Virus record (IMG/VR): IMGVR_UViG_3300027969_000044
Location: 1 to 64,000 of that record
From: a virus
Strand: one strand, 5' to 3'
Length of the DNA stretch: 64,000 nucleotides
In this document: positions 20,901 to 30,243 of the stretch, one piece after another
Layout: each line of letters begins with the position of its first letter
How positions within the stretch are numbered: position 1 is the stretch's first letter
Made by a program: the position numbers and the translations under genes
The notes under the pieces: model-generated
The model's input: only the letters and a program-made list of their open reading frames with translations
The model's database searches: none
Told to the model about the DNA's origin: nothing

Positions 20901-21016
20901 CTGAAAGAGAAAACGGAATGTTAGCTGTTCGTTACGAACAAATAGTTCCACTATTGATAGAGGCTATTAAAGAGCTAAGGGCCGAAGTTGACTTTTTAAA
21001 GAAGGCAAGGAAATAA
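11918..21016 (+). CDS. Giant tail fibre/baseplate protein (~3030 aa) with C-terminal peptidase S74 chaperone
   Basis: N-terminal INIG...NDGTGDTIRDAFDKVNSNF baseplate-attachment motif; G.GY...P repeats; ATK.YVD repeats; C-terminal SDSRLK...GIIAQ..Y..IVPLLIEAIKEL; start moved to ATG 11918. Confidence 0.88.
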   Translation: MANKKIINIGNQSNDGTGDTIRDAFDKVNSNFDDLYNVAGLGDGLRFVKLREAPATLSSSTILGINTSATKIVQRTLVASTGVQITLTDDSIIIANTASNLKSDANPVLGGDLDGLFSHKGIKFSEPTNDYDTVTKKWVYDNFLNRDAKYEKDDTVPPAYFGNPVATAEGSTLRSNPIALTTATKAGHLVNKEYADRKISLKGAYSVDPATNTVNPAMGTMTGPLVLFRDPITQDDVDFGGKIAATKSYVDSSSFVSAVNFFVATTGRDNRTDIPSFKKGRALAYAFKTIGQAGKAAEEMLAISQVVLGPYQKLITTNNGLADVTVSNIVETSPYVAGAKRISVGWSGGEGKGTDAYANGSLFPGCYILGESTGAIGLVEKIGYTTGPNYENYDIVPVDYAKTIVSKLTQIQAQGNVILQFQTPNLVNIPEFWKGYIFKVDASVGGGEGQIVDVGYYTDPVTQDVYDRITVNFTTPLGNTNNIDGDKWHVYSGYFQLGERLRWGQRQDKTQITIVIESGEHLENYPVRLSRNVSIRGDEFRRSIPKPATFVNSDLSTISVSPWANIYFRRDTQTDGLLISQLNKDVDYAANEGGILTATPDGTENNRDTGVVTFTVSQTINGIPQPGYSLPSSWKGKVFVGNGGQGEILSVTANVFTVNLAQNSSFERKLTSSSASVGNQWHVYNPVNFGYHYLRDAKRPINYVIKNQAGNYLTSARLLALNKGYIQAEIGAYIDAKIALGVGIWAGFSLTTLQKQKCVRDVGTIIDAICADLDAGNISNCLTVADSYRNVPTVQNYELLQTVDAIAKIGELAQRVVQNIPTGEGQGINSYSTKAQTFDRTTYQSDMAVIRPTIGYALDPNNINIIDEGLGYQFPPTISFVGGGYSTIAKATANIDNDGKITGLTFTDVGAGYTSAPQIVVIRNQTGLPAVEAEIEIPLAPTGTIKSVEIVQPGRGYYSTPGVKVVGNPGASSGLITITTGTVGPYTVVTSANLVSGGTGYSEAYVQLDKGTGTGVDNSLNSLKNLTDGIGSVVGGNPDFNPPLYNDEMDCFLMNDANVIRYVSCQGHGGFMKVLDPEGQVLAKSPYTQTASSFSRSKNRQVFSGGMLVDGFAGNLQMTPRRNSQNNLEAEADLETGTLTKIFVEGLKRKPQTPTFFLHQGITFEVNFISEFQLDSSGVTYQATLNLNPARPGGFSSGYISATGFQGSKTLPVSLSSPTVPGGVKAVGTIQTDGAGALVGTGITFTNPGVGYVNTAATVVIGGAIISFPIDESGSVATGSVQIISSGTGYTNGMTVNFAASGGTGGVRANATVIAATGIGGITGFNWVNTGSGYTTSPDYWFGTGWNQRLAITNGFIGTLPSTIETITAGNRSMLANDFTQVNDLGYGIFVTNGGFMENVSMFTYYCWTSYYALNGAQIRTITGSSAYGNYGLVAEGSDPLETPIALKTLSDTNQIVNFKNATGYTNVAGASIVYAVVSNFDPYGKSEVEVNHYGVRKIYTIVSATRIPAGSGIPSNYYLFSLDTNGEKWFQTMTDGEVLNGTYRIKFQQKFSGLNPSVLTRTATVINYSEDPQTTYKISSFSYQGNDITLASSNNAYNYISIQPWVESIYRQGIYNVTKTGGTGYTAGQEVTLTFNTITPVTAYAQYAYASTTESTSSVIITNATGPLHVGMLANSADLVNNRVTWVNTSTSSPTRIGLTTAVKNITTISQITFTGTRAVAKGTANSSGVINSITVTESGIGYSADDSASGGPLPATASSGNLGVTAAKIAGLANTTVVKINQLKAADSARILAGLAASTPYYYMFGYDGFLFKITGYRSPTTTGQPWAEITIQRITQAGADITPNGLPSEMMANNLYAGVMRNQDAAITVKISTLRATSHDMVDIGTGGYASSKIPNDLFGPPLSAPAGSTSEVIELRKGRVFFVTTDQDGTFSVGGYLIVDQAKGQVSLNAPVALANLPSIKLQKGQLIDDFSADSALTGESNSTIPTERAIVQFVERRLGTSRSGAGTTLNLIGPGYLDLTGVQGMKNRLNMNSNLIQSLSNPGNSDYDATNKYYVDNRLHLDGTNAVWAADASVSFPGGAHPEWGKMRGPLWASAHPVAGDPALQVPTKRYVDKETRQLSTLSDVVFTAPQDIDLVGFSSTMYSESTATNKPIWHNTRQVVNLANDVTLPVNTPGNIGGGSDVAFTRTANTLTIKLTGASASGVYGGTLDASNPITDYHVNSAAQIRQYKLLMTEAKTTATNLSTIASQQGRQAHLGVSVYDSTMFSVTNGYVTLADSTLPTNGIVLSKLQQIPANGIGSGNAGGLLGSVLATAANVSILTSGTVVTFLQALTKDGRQTLTGNLTPEFDATVAAGVTLGSVSRTFKNVFADTFTGTATKAVALLSNITPHMYVEARVATSNGSIVQRSATGNITGVYLVDDSGSIAPATNESPDVGTTTKRFNNIYTKTISAGSSFSGNLFGSWTLTGVSGSRPELLGPDNGVPGTGANIGRDNAVGRINTVYTRTLVAEGANIVGMTITNVLNGSSAVFSGNVTAGSLTLNTTALEIGQGGTGGRDVGTALQNLLPTGINPGTVLTFGGSGNYYWGAGGGGGGDSVGTEITTSRNYFTAGTANGTGYNGDLYNFTLPLGAIYTAGQGQLRVYINGVRQFGTEITETSGGSTSPLTAATFRIPSGTTAGDSIMAEIDAYYSYPTTGASITYSPVGSMNATYNTVQKAIDYIENDKIRKVGGTLTAAASNGIGLTMGAGTTLQLAAGTITVPTMKIPSGALLTTPQAGAVEFDGSLLYATITSGNTRKTVAFQDWVGAQGFITLTSLSVGSNAAASGSGGIGYASATGIFTYTPPDLSSYQTKAGSVYLGSTAVPLNRVSGSLVLADVSVASATTAGSADALVITTDYQLGSLGVGKAAPGSNSIAVKGGITAEGDITAYYTSDSRLKTKIESITGALDKVSKLDGITFNWNEQADGKDQTRREAGIIAQQIQEVLPEAVAERENGMLAVRYEQIVPLLIEAIKELRAEVDFLKKARK

Positions 21017-21019
21017 GAT

Positions 21020-22153
21020 ATGACAACTAAAATTAATGCTTCGGTCGTTGGCTATATAACATCAATGACTGCGAACACTATTAGGTTCACAGACAACGAA
21101 AGCACAACTCCGAACACAGGTACATTAAAATTTGGTAATGCGAATTCCATAACACTAACAGGTGGGGATGGTAAGAATTTCCAATTTGCTGGCGCAGATG
21201 TTTATGCCGAATCATCAGGGTTAGGAAAAGTATATGCTCAACTGACTAAAAATGGTGCTTTAAATAAAGGCGGTGGTGGCAATACACTTGTTGATAGCCA
21301 AAATATAGCAAAATTCTTTAATGGTGCAAATCCTGATGACTTGCCGGCTGCGGCTTGGCCAATGGCAGTAAGCGAATATAACTATTCCAGAACTGGTCTT
21401 GCTATATTTCGTAACTATGACGGTTACGAGGTGGTTGGACTTGGTGGTTCTGGAATTTCTGCGATAACTGCGGCCGCTACTGCAAACAATCGAGTACGAA
21501 GTTATGTGGCTTGCGGAATGACTCCTGGTATTGTGCTAGGAACAAATAATGCCGGGGACCAGATTAAGTTTAAAATAGCTGACGGATTTGTTAATCCAGC
21601 TGATCATAACTATACCCAAGCTGGTACATTTTCTAACAAAAGCATAGGAACACCAATTCTTTACTCGAGCGTTGTTTATACAGCATCATTAAGAGCAAAC
21701 AGCGTAGACGGAAATGACACAACAACTGGAAAAATTTACGGAACATGGACGTTAGACACTGGCGCCACGTTTGCAGCTACCTACGCCGACTTGGCAGAAA
21801 AGTACACAACAGATGCTGCCTACAAACCAGGAACTGTTCTAGTGTTTGGCGGAGACAAAGAAGTAACTGTTACCACACAAACAATGGATCGTCGAGTTGC
21901 CGGAGTAGTTAGTACTAACCCAGCATATTCAATGAACAATGAGATAGAAGGAGTCTTGATTGCTCTACAAGGGCGTGTACCTTGTAAAGTTATAGGAACA
22001 ATTAAAAAAGGTGACATGCTAATTACTAGCGGAATTGAAGGTGTTGCTACTAGCAGTGACGATCCTAAATTAGGATCTGTTATTGGCAAGGCTCTCGAAA
22101 ACTATGATAGTCAATCAATTGGCGTTATTGAAGTAGCCATAGGGAGAGCATAA
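21020..22153 (+). CDS. Tail protein with C-terminal YADLAE-type chaperone/autocleavage-like domain
   Basis: YADLAEKY...GTVLVFGG...AGVVST.PA...GRVPCKV.G.IKKGD.L..IGKALE. Confidence 0.75.
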   Translation: MTTKINASVVGYITSMTANTIRFTDNESTTPNTGTLKFGNANSITLTGGDGKNFQFAGADVYAESSGLGKVYAQLTKNGALNKGGGGNTLVDSQNIAKFFNGANPDDLPAAAWPMAVSEYNYSRTGLAIFRNYDGYEVVGLGGSGISAITAAATANNRVRSYVACGMTPGIVLGTNNAGDQIKFKIADGFVNPADHNYTQAGTFSNKSIGTPILYSSVVYTASLRANSVDGNDTTTGKIYGTWTLDTGATFAATYADLAEKYTTDAAYKPGTVLVFGGDKEVTVTTQTMDRRVAGVVSTNPAYSMNNEIEGVLIALQGRVPCKVIGTIKKGDMLITSGIEGVATSSDDPKLGSVIGKALENYDSQSIGVIEVAIGRA

Positions 22154-22782
22154 TGAGTGTAACTGTACAGTTTATCAACACAGGGTCTAGTGCCAACGCC
22201 GGTAACGGTGACAGCCTAAGAACAGCGTTTAATAAAATTAATGCTAACTTTTTAGCACTGAGCACATCAAGCGGCTTTACACTGGGCACAGCAACTAACA
22301 CAACACTAGGCGGTGTTAAGATTGGTGTTGGTTTAGTGGCCAGCACTGACGGAACTATTAGTGCTACAGGAGCTAGCACCAGCGGTACTATATTTGTTCT
22401 TGATCAAACATCAGCACCAAGTGTTGACATTGTAAGTTACAGTGGTAGTACAACATTAAGCACATCAAGCGTAGAAATGTTTACATTTGACAAGACAGTT
22501 TATAGATCAGCTACAATTGACATTAGCGCAAGGAATGTGGCCAACTCTACTGATGATGTAGCAAGTGCGTTTAGTGTTACATGGAACGCAATGACTTCAA
22601 ACGCTTGGGGACTAGGGGCGGTTGCCATGGACATTGACGGGAACACTGGTAACGCTGAGTGGGATTTAGAGTGTAGCAATTTAGGAAACAATATTAGAAT
22701 TAAAATGAGAAACGCTAGTGGAGCAGGAGCAAATGGCCACGTTGTCGATTGGCGTGCCAAGGTAAACTTGTTTAGGCTATAA
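22153..22782 (+). CDS. Virion structural protein (baseplate/tail)
   Basis: INTG..ANAGNGDSLRTAFNKINANF, the same motif as the giant fibre; AT..TLGGVKIG repeat. Confidence 0.75.
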   Translation: MSVTVQFINTGSSANAGNGDSLRTAFNKINANFLALSTSSGFTLGTATNTTLGGVKIGVGLVASTDGTISATGASTSGTIFVLDQTSAPSVDIVSYSGSTTLSTSSVEMFTFDKTVYRSATIDISARNVANSTDDVASAFSVTWNAMTSNAWGLGAVAMDIDGNTGNAEWDLECSNLGNNIRIKMRNASGAGANGHVVDWRAKVNLFRL

Positions 22783-22785
22783 AAT

Positions 22786-25700
22786 ATGACCGCACCAAAG
22801 TGGATCACAACTCCTGGCTTTCTTGGTACTTATACCCAAAGAATTGCTCTTAATATTCCTGTATATTACACAGGGACAGATGTTACGTTTTCTGCTATAA
22901 CTGGCAAACTTCCTGACGGTCTATCGTTAAGCGACTCAAACTGGTTGTCTAGCACATTGTACAGTGTAGGTAACAAAGTAATACATCTTAATAAGAGCTA
23001 TACCTGTAAAGAAAGTCACAGATCATCTGCTAGATTTGATCCAGCATTTTGGAACAGAACTACTAAAGTTACAACACTAACATCAACAGCATCGTCTAGT
23101 GTTACAGTATTAACTGTAAACAATCCAACAGATTTTTACGAGTCAACATTATTAATCGGTGATGGACTGTCAACTAGCACCTACATTAAAACAAAAATAG
23201 GTAATGTAATAACATTATCAGAGCCAACTCAACCATTTAGTACATCTACTACTGTTAAGACAACTGCCAATACAGGAAGCATTGTATTATTTTTAACGTC
23301 TTTAAATAAATTTTATAAAAATGCAGAGTTAACTGGAAGAGGATTTAGAGCCGGAACTACTATCAAGTCTGTTAATACAAACTCGATCACACTGTCAACA
23401 TCAACTACAGCACGTATAACTGCTACCAGCATTATTACTGCCACTAATTATGTAATACCAGCGGGCAGTACAATTGAATCAGTATTGCCAACATCAATTA
23501 ACATTATTGGAAATCCGTTTGCAGTTAGTGATGTTATTAAACACAAGTTTGTAGTTAGAGCAAAAAACTCGTCAGGTGTTGCCGATTTGACGCTAGGCAT
23601 GAACATAGAGGGACCTACCGCCCCATATTGGATTACTAGTGAAGGATTTTTACCCGTAGGAACTAGTGGAGAAAATTATACAGTAAATCAACAAATTGTT
23701 GATTATCAATTTACAGCAGATGCTAATGTTCTTACTGACACAGTTAAAGTTAGATACTATATTAACGATGGAGACGGTACATTACCTCCGGGCTTAACAC
23801 TAAGTGAAGATGGTAGGTTGTCGGGATATATCGACGAGAATCTTGGAACAGAAAGTGATGAAGGAATTATTGTGGGCTTTGATAATGAAAGCTATGATAG
23901 TTTCCCATATGACTTTATTGAATTAATAGACGGACAATTACAAAAGCCAAAATTTGTTACAAAGCTATATCAATTTTATGTAACCGCTAGTGACGGGTTT
24001 ACAAGTAACTCTAGACTATTTAAGATCTTGTTATTAGATCATAATATGTTTAAAGTTGACACAACTTGGATCAGAGCAGACAGTGATTATTTTGCCAACG
24101 TAGGTAGTCTGTTTACTCCAACATGGTTAAGTCCTGCTAACTTAGGATCACGTAGAGCCGACAACTACCAAATGGTAGAAATTTACAAGTACGATCCGTT
24201 TCCTGAAGAAGGACCTATTAAGTTTACATGGAATAACGTGGTCAATGCCGACGTTCGATGTTTAGCTGATAGCCGATTCTACGGAGCTGGAATAATAGAT
24301 AGTAACGGAGACCCACTAGAAGGACAACAAATATATAACATTGGTCAAGAAAAGAACAATGTAGGCGACGACACTATCTGGGTTAGGGAATCAACTAGTG
24401 TTCCACGAGTTGGGCAATATATCTATCTTCCGGACTTCTTTACAGACGGATTAAGATTTACAGGATTTCCAGTAAACCCAATATCTGGCGATACATGGAC
24501 AGCAAACGGTTTTACCTACACATGGAACGGATACCGATGGTTAGCTACACTATATCAAATTAAGAGTGTAACTCCGAGTACAGATACAATTGACGGTTAC
24601 CAACTATCAGTTCAATATGAACCTACAAAGAGTTTTGATCCTATCACAGGACAAATTTCTATTGTCTACAATGGAAGTAGATTAAAAACTACTATTCCAG
24701 ACGGCTTGACCATGTTCATTGGCGACCTAAGCGAACAGCCGCCCGGATTTGAATTAAACGACACCACTGGTATGATGTATGGTAAAATTCCGCACATGCC
24801 TGCGTACAGTAAGAGTTATAGATTTACAATCCGTGTTACGAAAACAGATAGCTTCTACGGAACTAGTGTTTATTCAGACAGGGTGTTTACATTAAATCTT
24901 AAAGGCGACATTGAAAGCAATATTGTATGGGATACCGACAATAAAGTTGGATCCATTGCCAACGGGTATCAAAGTGAATTGTTTATTAAGGCGCATCATA
25001 TCCAAGAAGATATTGGGGTACAATACAAATTAGTAAGCGGAGAACTTCCTCCAGGAATGAACTTAGAAATTGACGGAACATTGTCTGGCAAGATTCCTTA
25101 CAACAGTTTGACATTTTTAGACGGAAAAACTTTCTACTTAGATGACGAGACTACCTCAATTGACCGTCAGTATGATTTTGTAGCATTGGCCAAAGACAAT
25201 TACAATCTTAGCGCCGTTGCTAAGAATTTCTATATTCAAATTGCCGACTATAGTCAAACACCGTTCACTGACATTTATGTACAACCATTTATGAATAGAG
25301 ATAAGCGTGTTGACTATAGAAATTTTATTACCAGCGAAACTTTATTTGATAAGTCTCAAATATATCGCCCTTACGATCCTGCGTTTGGAATTCAGTATCA
25401 ACTTAAATTATTAATTGAAGCAGGTATACAAAAATTAACACTGGCCGATTATGTGATCAGCTTACAACAATATTTCTACAACAAGCGTTTCTATTTTGGA
25501 GATGTTAAATCTATTCCAGCAACTAATAGAGCAGGCGAAACAGTATACGAATTAGTTTATGTAGATATATTTGACGCAAGTAGCCCCACAGTAGGCGCCC
25601 CTAATAAGAGCGTAGGAATCAGTATCAACGGAAGAGCAGTTAAGGTATACCCAAATGCTATTGAAAATTGGAGATCAGCATTAGAAGCAACTCCTATTGA

Positions 25701-26055
25701 TGGTCATGTTTTAGAAATTGATGAATTTTTACGTCCAAGATTTATGAATAGTATACAAGCAGACACAGGCGCACCGCTAGGTTTTATTAAAGCAGTTCCA
25801 CTTTGCTACGCAATGCCCGGATTTGGAGCGACTATTGTAAAGAAAATTAAGCTAACAGGCTTTGATTTTAAACTTTTAGACTTTGAAGTTGACCGTTTAA
25901 TTGTGGAAGAAACTTTGGAATCAAATACTGCTAAATACCTCAAGTTCCCAAGAACTCGTCTTGTTGTGCCTACTCCAGAAGTCGACAACAACCTTGCAGG
26001 CGCAGATGGTGTTCTTTGGAGTTTTGATGATAATAATACGATAACCTCGGAGTAA
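22786..26055 (+). CDS. Baseplate wedge-like protein with Ig-like repeats
   Basis: Repeated P.W.T..G.L and G.LPPGL.L...G.LSG motifs; lies in the tail module. Confidence 0.7.
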   Translation: MTAPKWITTPGFLGTYTQRIALNIPVYYTGTDVTFSAITGKLPDGLSLSDSNWLSSTLYSVGNKVIHLNKSYTCKESHRSSARFDPAFWNRTTKVTTLTSTASSSVTVLTVNNPTDFYESTLLIGDGLSTSTYIKTKIGNVITLSEPTQPFSTSTTVKTTANTGSIVLFLTSLNKFYKNAELTGRGFRAGTTIKSVNTNSITLSTSTTARITATSIITATNYVIPAGSTIESVLPTSINIIGNPFAVSDVIKHKFVVRAKNSSGVADLTLGMNIEGPTAPYWITSEGFLPVGTSGENYTVNQQIVDYQFTADANVLTDTVKVRYYINDGDGTLPPGLTLSEDGRLSGYIDENLGTESDEGIIVGFDNESYDSFPYDFIELIDGQLQKPKFVTKLYQFYVTASDGFTSNSRLFKILLLDHNMFKVDTTWIRADSDYFANVGSLFTPTWLSPANLGSRRADNYQMVEIYKYDPFPEEGPIKFTWNNVVNADVRCLADSRFYGAGIIDSNGDPLEGQQIYNIGQEKNNVGDDTIWVRESTSVPRVGQYIYLPDFFTDGLRFTGFPVNPISGDTWTANGFTYTWNGYRWLATLYQIKSVTPSTDTIDGYQLSVQYEPTKSFDPITGQISIVYNGSRLKTTIPDGLTMFIGDLSEQPPGFELNDTTGMMYGKIPHMPAYSKSYRFTIRVTKTDSFYGTSVYSDRVFTLNLKGDIESNIVWDTDNKVGSIANGYQSELFIKAHHIQEDIGVQYKLVSGELPPGMNLEIDGTLSGKIPYNSLTFLDGKTFYLDDETTSIDRQYDFVALAKDNYNLSAVAKNFYIQIADYSQTPFTDIYVQPFMNRDKRVDYRNFITSETLFDKSQIYRPYDPAFGIQYQLKLLIEAGIQKLTLADYVISLQQYFYNKRFYFGDVKSIPATNRAGETVYELVYVDIFDASSPTVGAPNKSVGISINGRAVKVYPNAIENWRSALEATPIDGHVLEIDEFLRPRFMNSIQADTGAPLGFIKAVPLCYAMPGFGATIVKKIKLTGFDFKLLDFEVDRLIVEETLESNTAKYLKFPRTRLVVPTPEVDNNLAGADGVLWSFDDNNTITSE

Positions 26056-26058
26056 TAG

Positions 26059-29000
26059 ATGAGCACCATTGGCAATTTAGCACCAGTAACAACCGTTACA
26101 AACGAAATTCAAATCCCCGTTGTCGATGTTGATTTCGCTACCAAAAAATTAACATTAAATCAAATTGGAGATTTTGTAGCAAGCTCAATTACAAGAGGGG
26201 CTAGCGGTGCTACGGGTGTACAAGGTGCCACTGGGTATACCGGAGCAACTGGCGCTGGCGCAACTGGTGCTACGGGTGTACAGGGTGTTCCGGGAAGTAC
26301 AGGTGTTAGAGGTGCTACAGGTGTAGCAGGCCCAAAAGGAGCTACTGGATTTGAAGGTACTACAGGTGCTACTGGTTACGGATATCCCGGGGCTACTGGT
26401 TCTACAGGCTTCCGTGGCGCACCGGGTGCTACTGGTTCTACAGGTCCACAAGGATCAACAGGTGCCACTGCGCCATTAGGTACAAGAGCAGTTCCGGGTA
26501 GTTTAAGCCCAGGTTATACACTACTATTCGAACCATCAACTGCGGTATTTGATTTACCACAGGCTATTTTTACAACATCTAGCGTTACATTAAACAATAT
26601 TACTGCTAGTAACATTACAGTACAAAACGTATTAACTTCGCCGGAAGTTATTCAAAATACAAGACCAGTTATTGATACTATTGATTTCTCAGTAGCAGGT
26701 GACGGATTAACTGTTAGTACAGCATCTATCCGAGGCCCAAGAACGCTATTCACGCTAACAAACATTGATACGTTATCAATTGTTACAAACAGATTTCAAG
26801 GCAACTACACAACACGATCATTATCTTTCTTAAACGCAAATGATGCCAGTAGTTTAATTGATGCTGCCGTTATAGTAAGCGGTGGTGTCGGTATTGGTAA
26901 AACATTAAGGGTTGGCGCCAACGCATATATTGAGTCTGGGTTAGAAGTTGCTGGCGTTAATATGATGGCGTATAACACATTCACATATTATGTATCCAGC
27001 AACGGAAACGATATAAGTGGAGACGGACGACGAGTTACTAGCGCATTTAAATCAATTGGACGAGCACTACAGGTTGCTCAACCAGGCAATACTATTGAAG
27101 TTGGGCCAGGTGATTATACTGAAACATTCCCAATGACTATTCCGCAAGGAGCAACAATTAAGGGCGGCGGTATTCGTAGTACTACAATTCGTCCAACTCC
27201 AGCATCGAACACACAAACTGCGTTCTTACTAAATGGTGAAACAACACTTAGCGATTTTAACGTTACTGGATTCTACAAACCAGGTTATGCGTTTAAGTTT
27301 GCCCCGGGCGCAAAGATCACAACAAAGAGTCCATACATTGAACGTTTAAGTGTTCTTACAAAAGGTAGCACAACCTCAGCAAATGACCCATATGGTTATT
27401 CCGCAGGAGATGCTGGTAACGGCGCTTACATTGACGCAGGCGTTTTAGATCCAACAAGTTTAGAACCAGCAATGCTATGGAACGAAACTACGTTCATTGT
27501 TCCGAACGCTACTGGTATGTACATGACCAACGGTGCTCGTGCAGAGTTACTAAACGGATTCTTCTATTTTGCTGAAACAGCAATTAAAACAGAAACAGGA
27601 GCACTAGGGTATGGTGGTGTTGGTAAGACAAGACTAAAGTTAGGAGGAACTGTTACTGGAACATTTACCAGTGGTGAAACTCTAACATACAGAAACTCTG
27701 CTGGAACTATTTTAGCATCAGGTGTAATTTCTAGCACAAGCAGTGAGTACATTTATCTAGGTGGACCAGTTTGGGGATTTGAGGCGGCGACAGATCGTCC
27801 TGCTAAAACTTTATTTGCCAACGGCGGCGCTGCACTTTCTATCTCTCAAAAGAAGTTTGGTCAAAGTAGTTTATACACAGACGGTACTGGGGATTACTTA
27901 AATTCTGCGGTATATGCTGATTTAGGATTTGGCACAGGTAATTTTACTATTGAGTTTTGGGCATACAGAACTATAACTCAGTTAGGCACTATTATTGACT
28001 TCCACCCAACCGGGGCGGGAAACTATCATCAAGTCAACCTAAGTTCTACAGGCGTTCTGCGTTATGGTATTAACGGTGCGACAGTCATCACTGGAACAAC
28101 ATTAGTTGCCAATGCATGGCAGCATGTTGCCATTACCAGAAGTGGTACTAGTGTTAAGATGTTCTTAAACGGAACACAAGTTGGCACTACTTATACAGAC
28201 AGCACAGATTTTCCAACAAGTGCTATTACTATTGGAGCAACTAACTTAGGTGCTAGCGGTTACGGTGGCTATTTAGATGAAATTAGAATTAGTAAGGGGT
28301 CGGCTCGTTACACCACTACATTCTCAGTAGCAACTGTACCATTTGTATCAGATGACTCTGCTGTACTAATGCTTCACTTAAATGGTCCTGATACTTCAGT
28401 TAACATTGTAGATGATTCTATCAGCGTACAGGATATTAGGTCTTCGGGCGGAGCAACTTCTACTAGAGTATTACTGGCCGACTATCATCAGTTTGGTGCT
28501 GAACTACGTTGTATTGGTAGTGCAGCTGTGTTTGGTAATAGAGGTGTTGTAGCAAACGGAACTGGTACTGATTTAAAATTAATTGCCTTTAACATGAGCC
28601 ACATTGGTTCTGCTGGTGATTTATCAGATGATGTAACACTATCTATACAGGCAAACGAAGTTATTCAAACCAATGGTGGTAAGATTTACTATCAAACAGT
28701 TGACCAAAACGGCGACTTCCGTGTTGGGTCTAGCTTCTTGGTTAATCAGCGTACAGGTAACGTTACATTTGGTAGTGCTAATATTAACCTAACAAGTTTA
28801 CAAAGTTTGATAATCACAGACGGATCTATTACAACTAACGTACAACCTGGTAGTATTACAGTTGGAAACTTACTATTAGCAAACAATAACATTAGCACAC
28901 TAGCAGGTGATTTAACATTAGATCCAAACGGATCATTAAATGTTAACCCTGATATGAATGTGTCGGGTGTAGCATCGTTCAACAATTTAGTTTATGCCAA

Positions 29001-30213
29001 TAACGTGCTTAACGCTACATCAACAACTAACGGTTCGTTAGTAGTAACTGGTGGAGTCGGAATTGCCAAAGACGTTTACATTGGTGGAACGCTATATCAA
29101 AACGGTAGTACAACCGTTGGCGGGGGAATGACTGTTACTAACGAGTTAGCAATCCTAAGCGTAACAGAATCAACAACAACTGCCACAGGCGCACTAAAAG
29201 TCAATGGTGGAGTAGGTGTCGGTGGTAACGTTAATGTCAAAGGTAACTTACAAGTTATTGGAACAGCCTTAACCGCATCTAACGCAACCGCAATATTCAG
29301 CAGTATTCAAAACACACCAGTAGGTAGTGTAACAAGCTCAACTGGTAGATTTACAACACTATACGGTAACGCAGGTAGTTTAAACAATATCACTATTGGT
29401 CTAACCGGTAAAGCCGCTGGTACATTTACAAGCCTAACTGCTGATACAATCAGCGTTGGTGGTGGTGGATTAAACGGAGTTGATGTAGGTTTACTAACAG
29501 CCGCACAAGGAACATTTACTAACTTAACTGCTACAGAAAACATTAACTTAAGAGCAGGTGCCGCAAAACAATTTGTAATCAATGCCGTAGCAACTGGTAA
29601 CATTGATAACATGAACATCGGTCTTACAACCAAGGCCGCTGGTACATTTACAACAATTACAGCCGATACCTTAAACGTAGGTGGCGGTGGATTAAACGGT
29701 GTTACTGTAGGTTTAACAACACCTGCCGCAGGCAGTTTTACCAGCTTAACAGCACAGAGTATCAGCGTAGGTGGTGGTGGATTAAACGGAGTATCAGTAG
29801 GTGCCGTAACTCCAAGCACTGGTGCGTTTACTACTTTAAGTGCCAATACAACAACAAACAGCATAAGCACAACAACAGGCGGTCTAGTAGTAACAGGTGG
29901 AGTTGGAATTGGCCAAGACGTCTTTGTAGGCGGTCAAATCTACGGTCCAACAACAGCAACAGTATACATTACAGCAAGCGCTGGTGGTGGATCAATAAAT
30001 ACTATATTAGGAAATTATTATACCAAGACACAGGTGGATGATTTAATTGGGTATACAACTTTACCAATTGACCAAGATTGGGGATTAGTAGATTCGATAG
30101 ATCCGGCAAACGCCGTGGACGCAACAAGAAGTCAAGATTGGGGTTCAATTACTGACGCACTTGATTACGGTCTATCTGAAGATTGGGATATTAACACGCC
30201 TTCAACGGTTTAA
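26059..30213 (+). CDS. Tail fibre protein with collagen-like, beta-helix-like and LamG/ConA-like domains
   Basis: G-A-T triplets; YYVS.NG.D..GDG; [29 protein letters not shown]. Confidence 0.82.
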   Translation: MSTIGNLAPVTTVTNEIQIPVVDVDFATKKLTLNQIGDFVASSITRGASGATGVQGATGYTGATGAGATGATGVQGVPGSTGVRGATGVAGPKGATGFEGTTGATGYGYPGATGSTGFRGAPGATGSTGPQGSTGATAPLGTRAVPGSLSPGYTLLFEPSTAVFDLPQAIFTTSSVTLNNITASNITVQNVLTSPEVIQNTRPVIDTIDFSVAGDGLTVSTASIRGPRTLFTLTNIDTLSIVTNRFQGNYTTRSLSFLNANDASSLIDAAVIVSGGVGIGKTLRVGANAYIESGLEVAGVNMMAYNTFTYYVSSNGNDISGDGRRVTSAFKSIGRALQVAQPGNTIEVGPGDYTETFPMTIPQGATIKGGGIRSTTIRPTPASNTQTAFLLNGETTLSDFNVTGFYKPGYAFKFAPGAKITTKSPYIERLSVLTKGSTTSANDPYGYSAGDAGNGAYIDAGVLDPTSLEPAMLWNETTFIVPNATGMYMTNGARAELLNGFFYFAETAIKTETGALGYGGVGKTRLKLGGTVTGTFTSGETLTYRNSAGTILASGVISSTSSEYIYLGGPVWGFEAATDRPAKTLFANGGAALSISQKKFGQSSLYTDGTGDYLNSAVYADLGFGTGNFTIEFWAYRTITQLGTIIDFHPTGAGNYHQVNLSSTGVLRYGINGATVITGTTLVANAWQHVAITRSGTSVKMFLNGTQVGTTYTDSTDFPTSAITIGATNLGASGYGGYLDEIRISKGSARYTTTFSVATVPFVSDDSAVLMLHLNGPDTSVNIVDDSISVQDIRSSGGATSTRVLLADYHQFGAELRCIGSAAVFGNRGVVANGTGTDLKLIAFNMSHIGSAGDLSDDVTLSIQANEVIQTNGGKIYYQTVDQNGDFRVGSSFLVNQRTGNVTFGSANINLTSLQSLIITDGSITTNVQPGSITVGNLLLANNNISTLAGDLTLDPNGSLNVNPDMNVSGVASFNNLVYANNVLNATSTTNGSLVVTGGVGIAKDVYIGGTLYQNGSTTVGGGMTVTNELAILSVTESTTTATGALKVNGGVGVGGNVNVKGNLQVIGTALTASNATAIFSSIQNTPVGSVTSSTGRFTTLYGNAGSLNNITIGLTGKAAGTFTSLTADTISVGGGGLNGVDVGLLTAAQGTFTNLTATENINLRAGAAKQFVINAVATGNIDNMNIGLTTKAAGTFTTITADTLNVGGGGLNGVTVGLTTPAAGSFTSLTAQSISVGGGGLNGVSVGAVTPSTGAFTTLSANTTTNSISTTTGGLVVTGGVGIGQDVFVGGQIYGPTTATVYITASAGGGSINTILGNYYTKTQVDDLIGYTTLPIDQDWGLVDSIDPANAVDATRSQDWGSITDALDYGLSEDWDINTPSTV
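26198..26472 (+). repeat. Collagen-like (Gly-X-Y) coding repeat
   Basis: [19 protein letters not shown]...; ggtgctacgggtgtaca occurs twice. Confidence 0.85.
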
Positions 30214-30243
30214 TATATAACAGGAATGTAACAGGAGCATTTA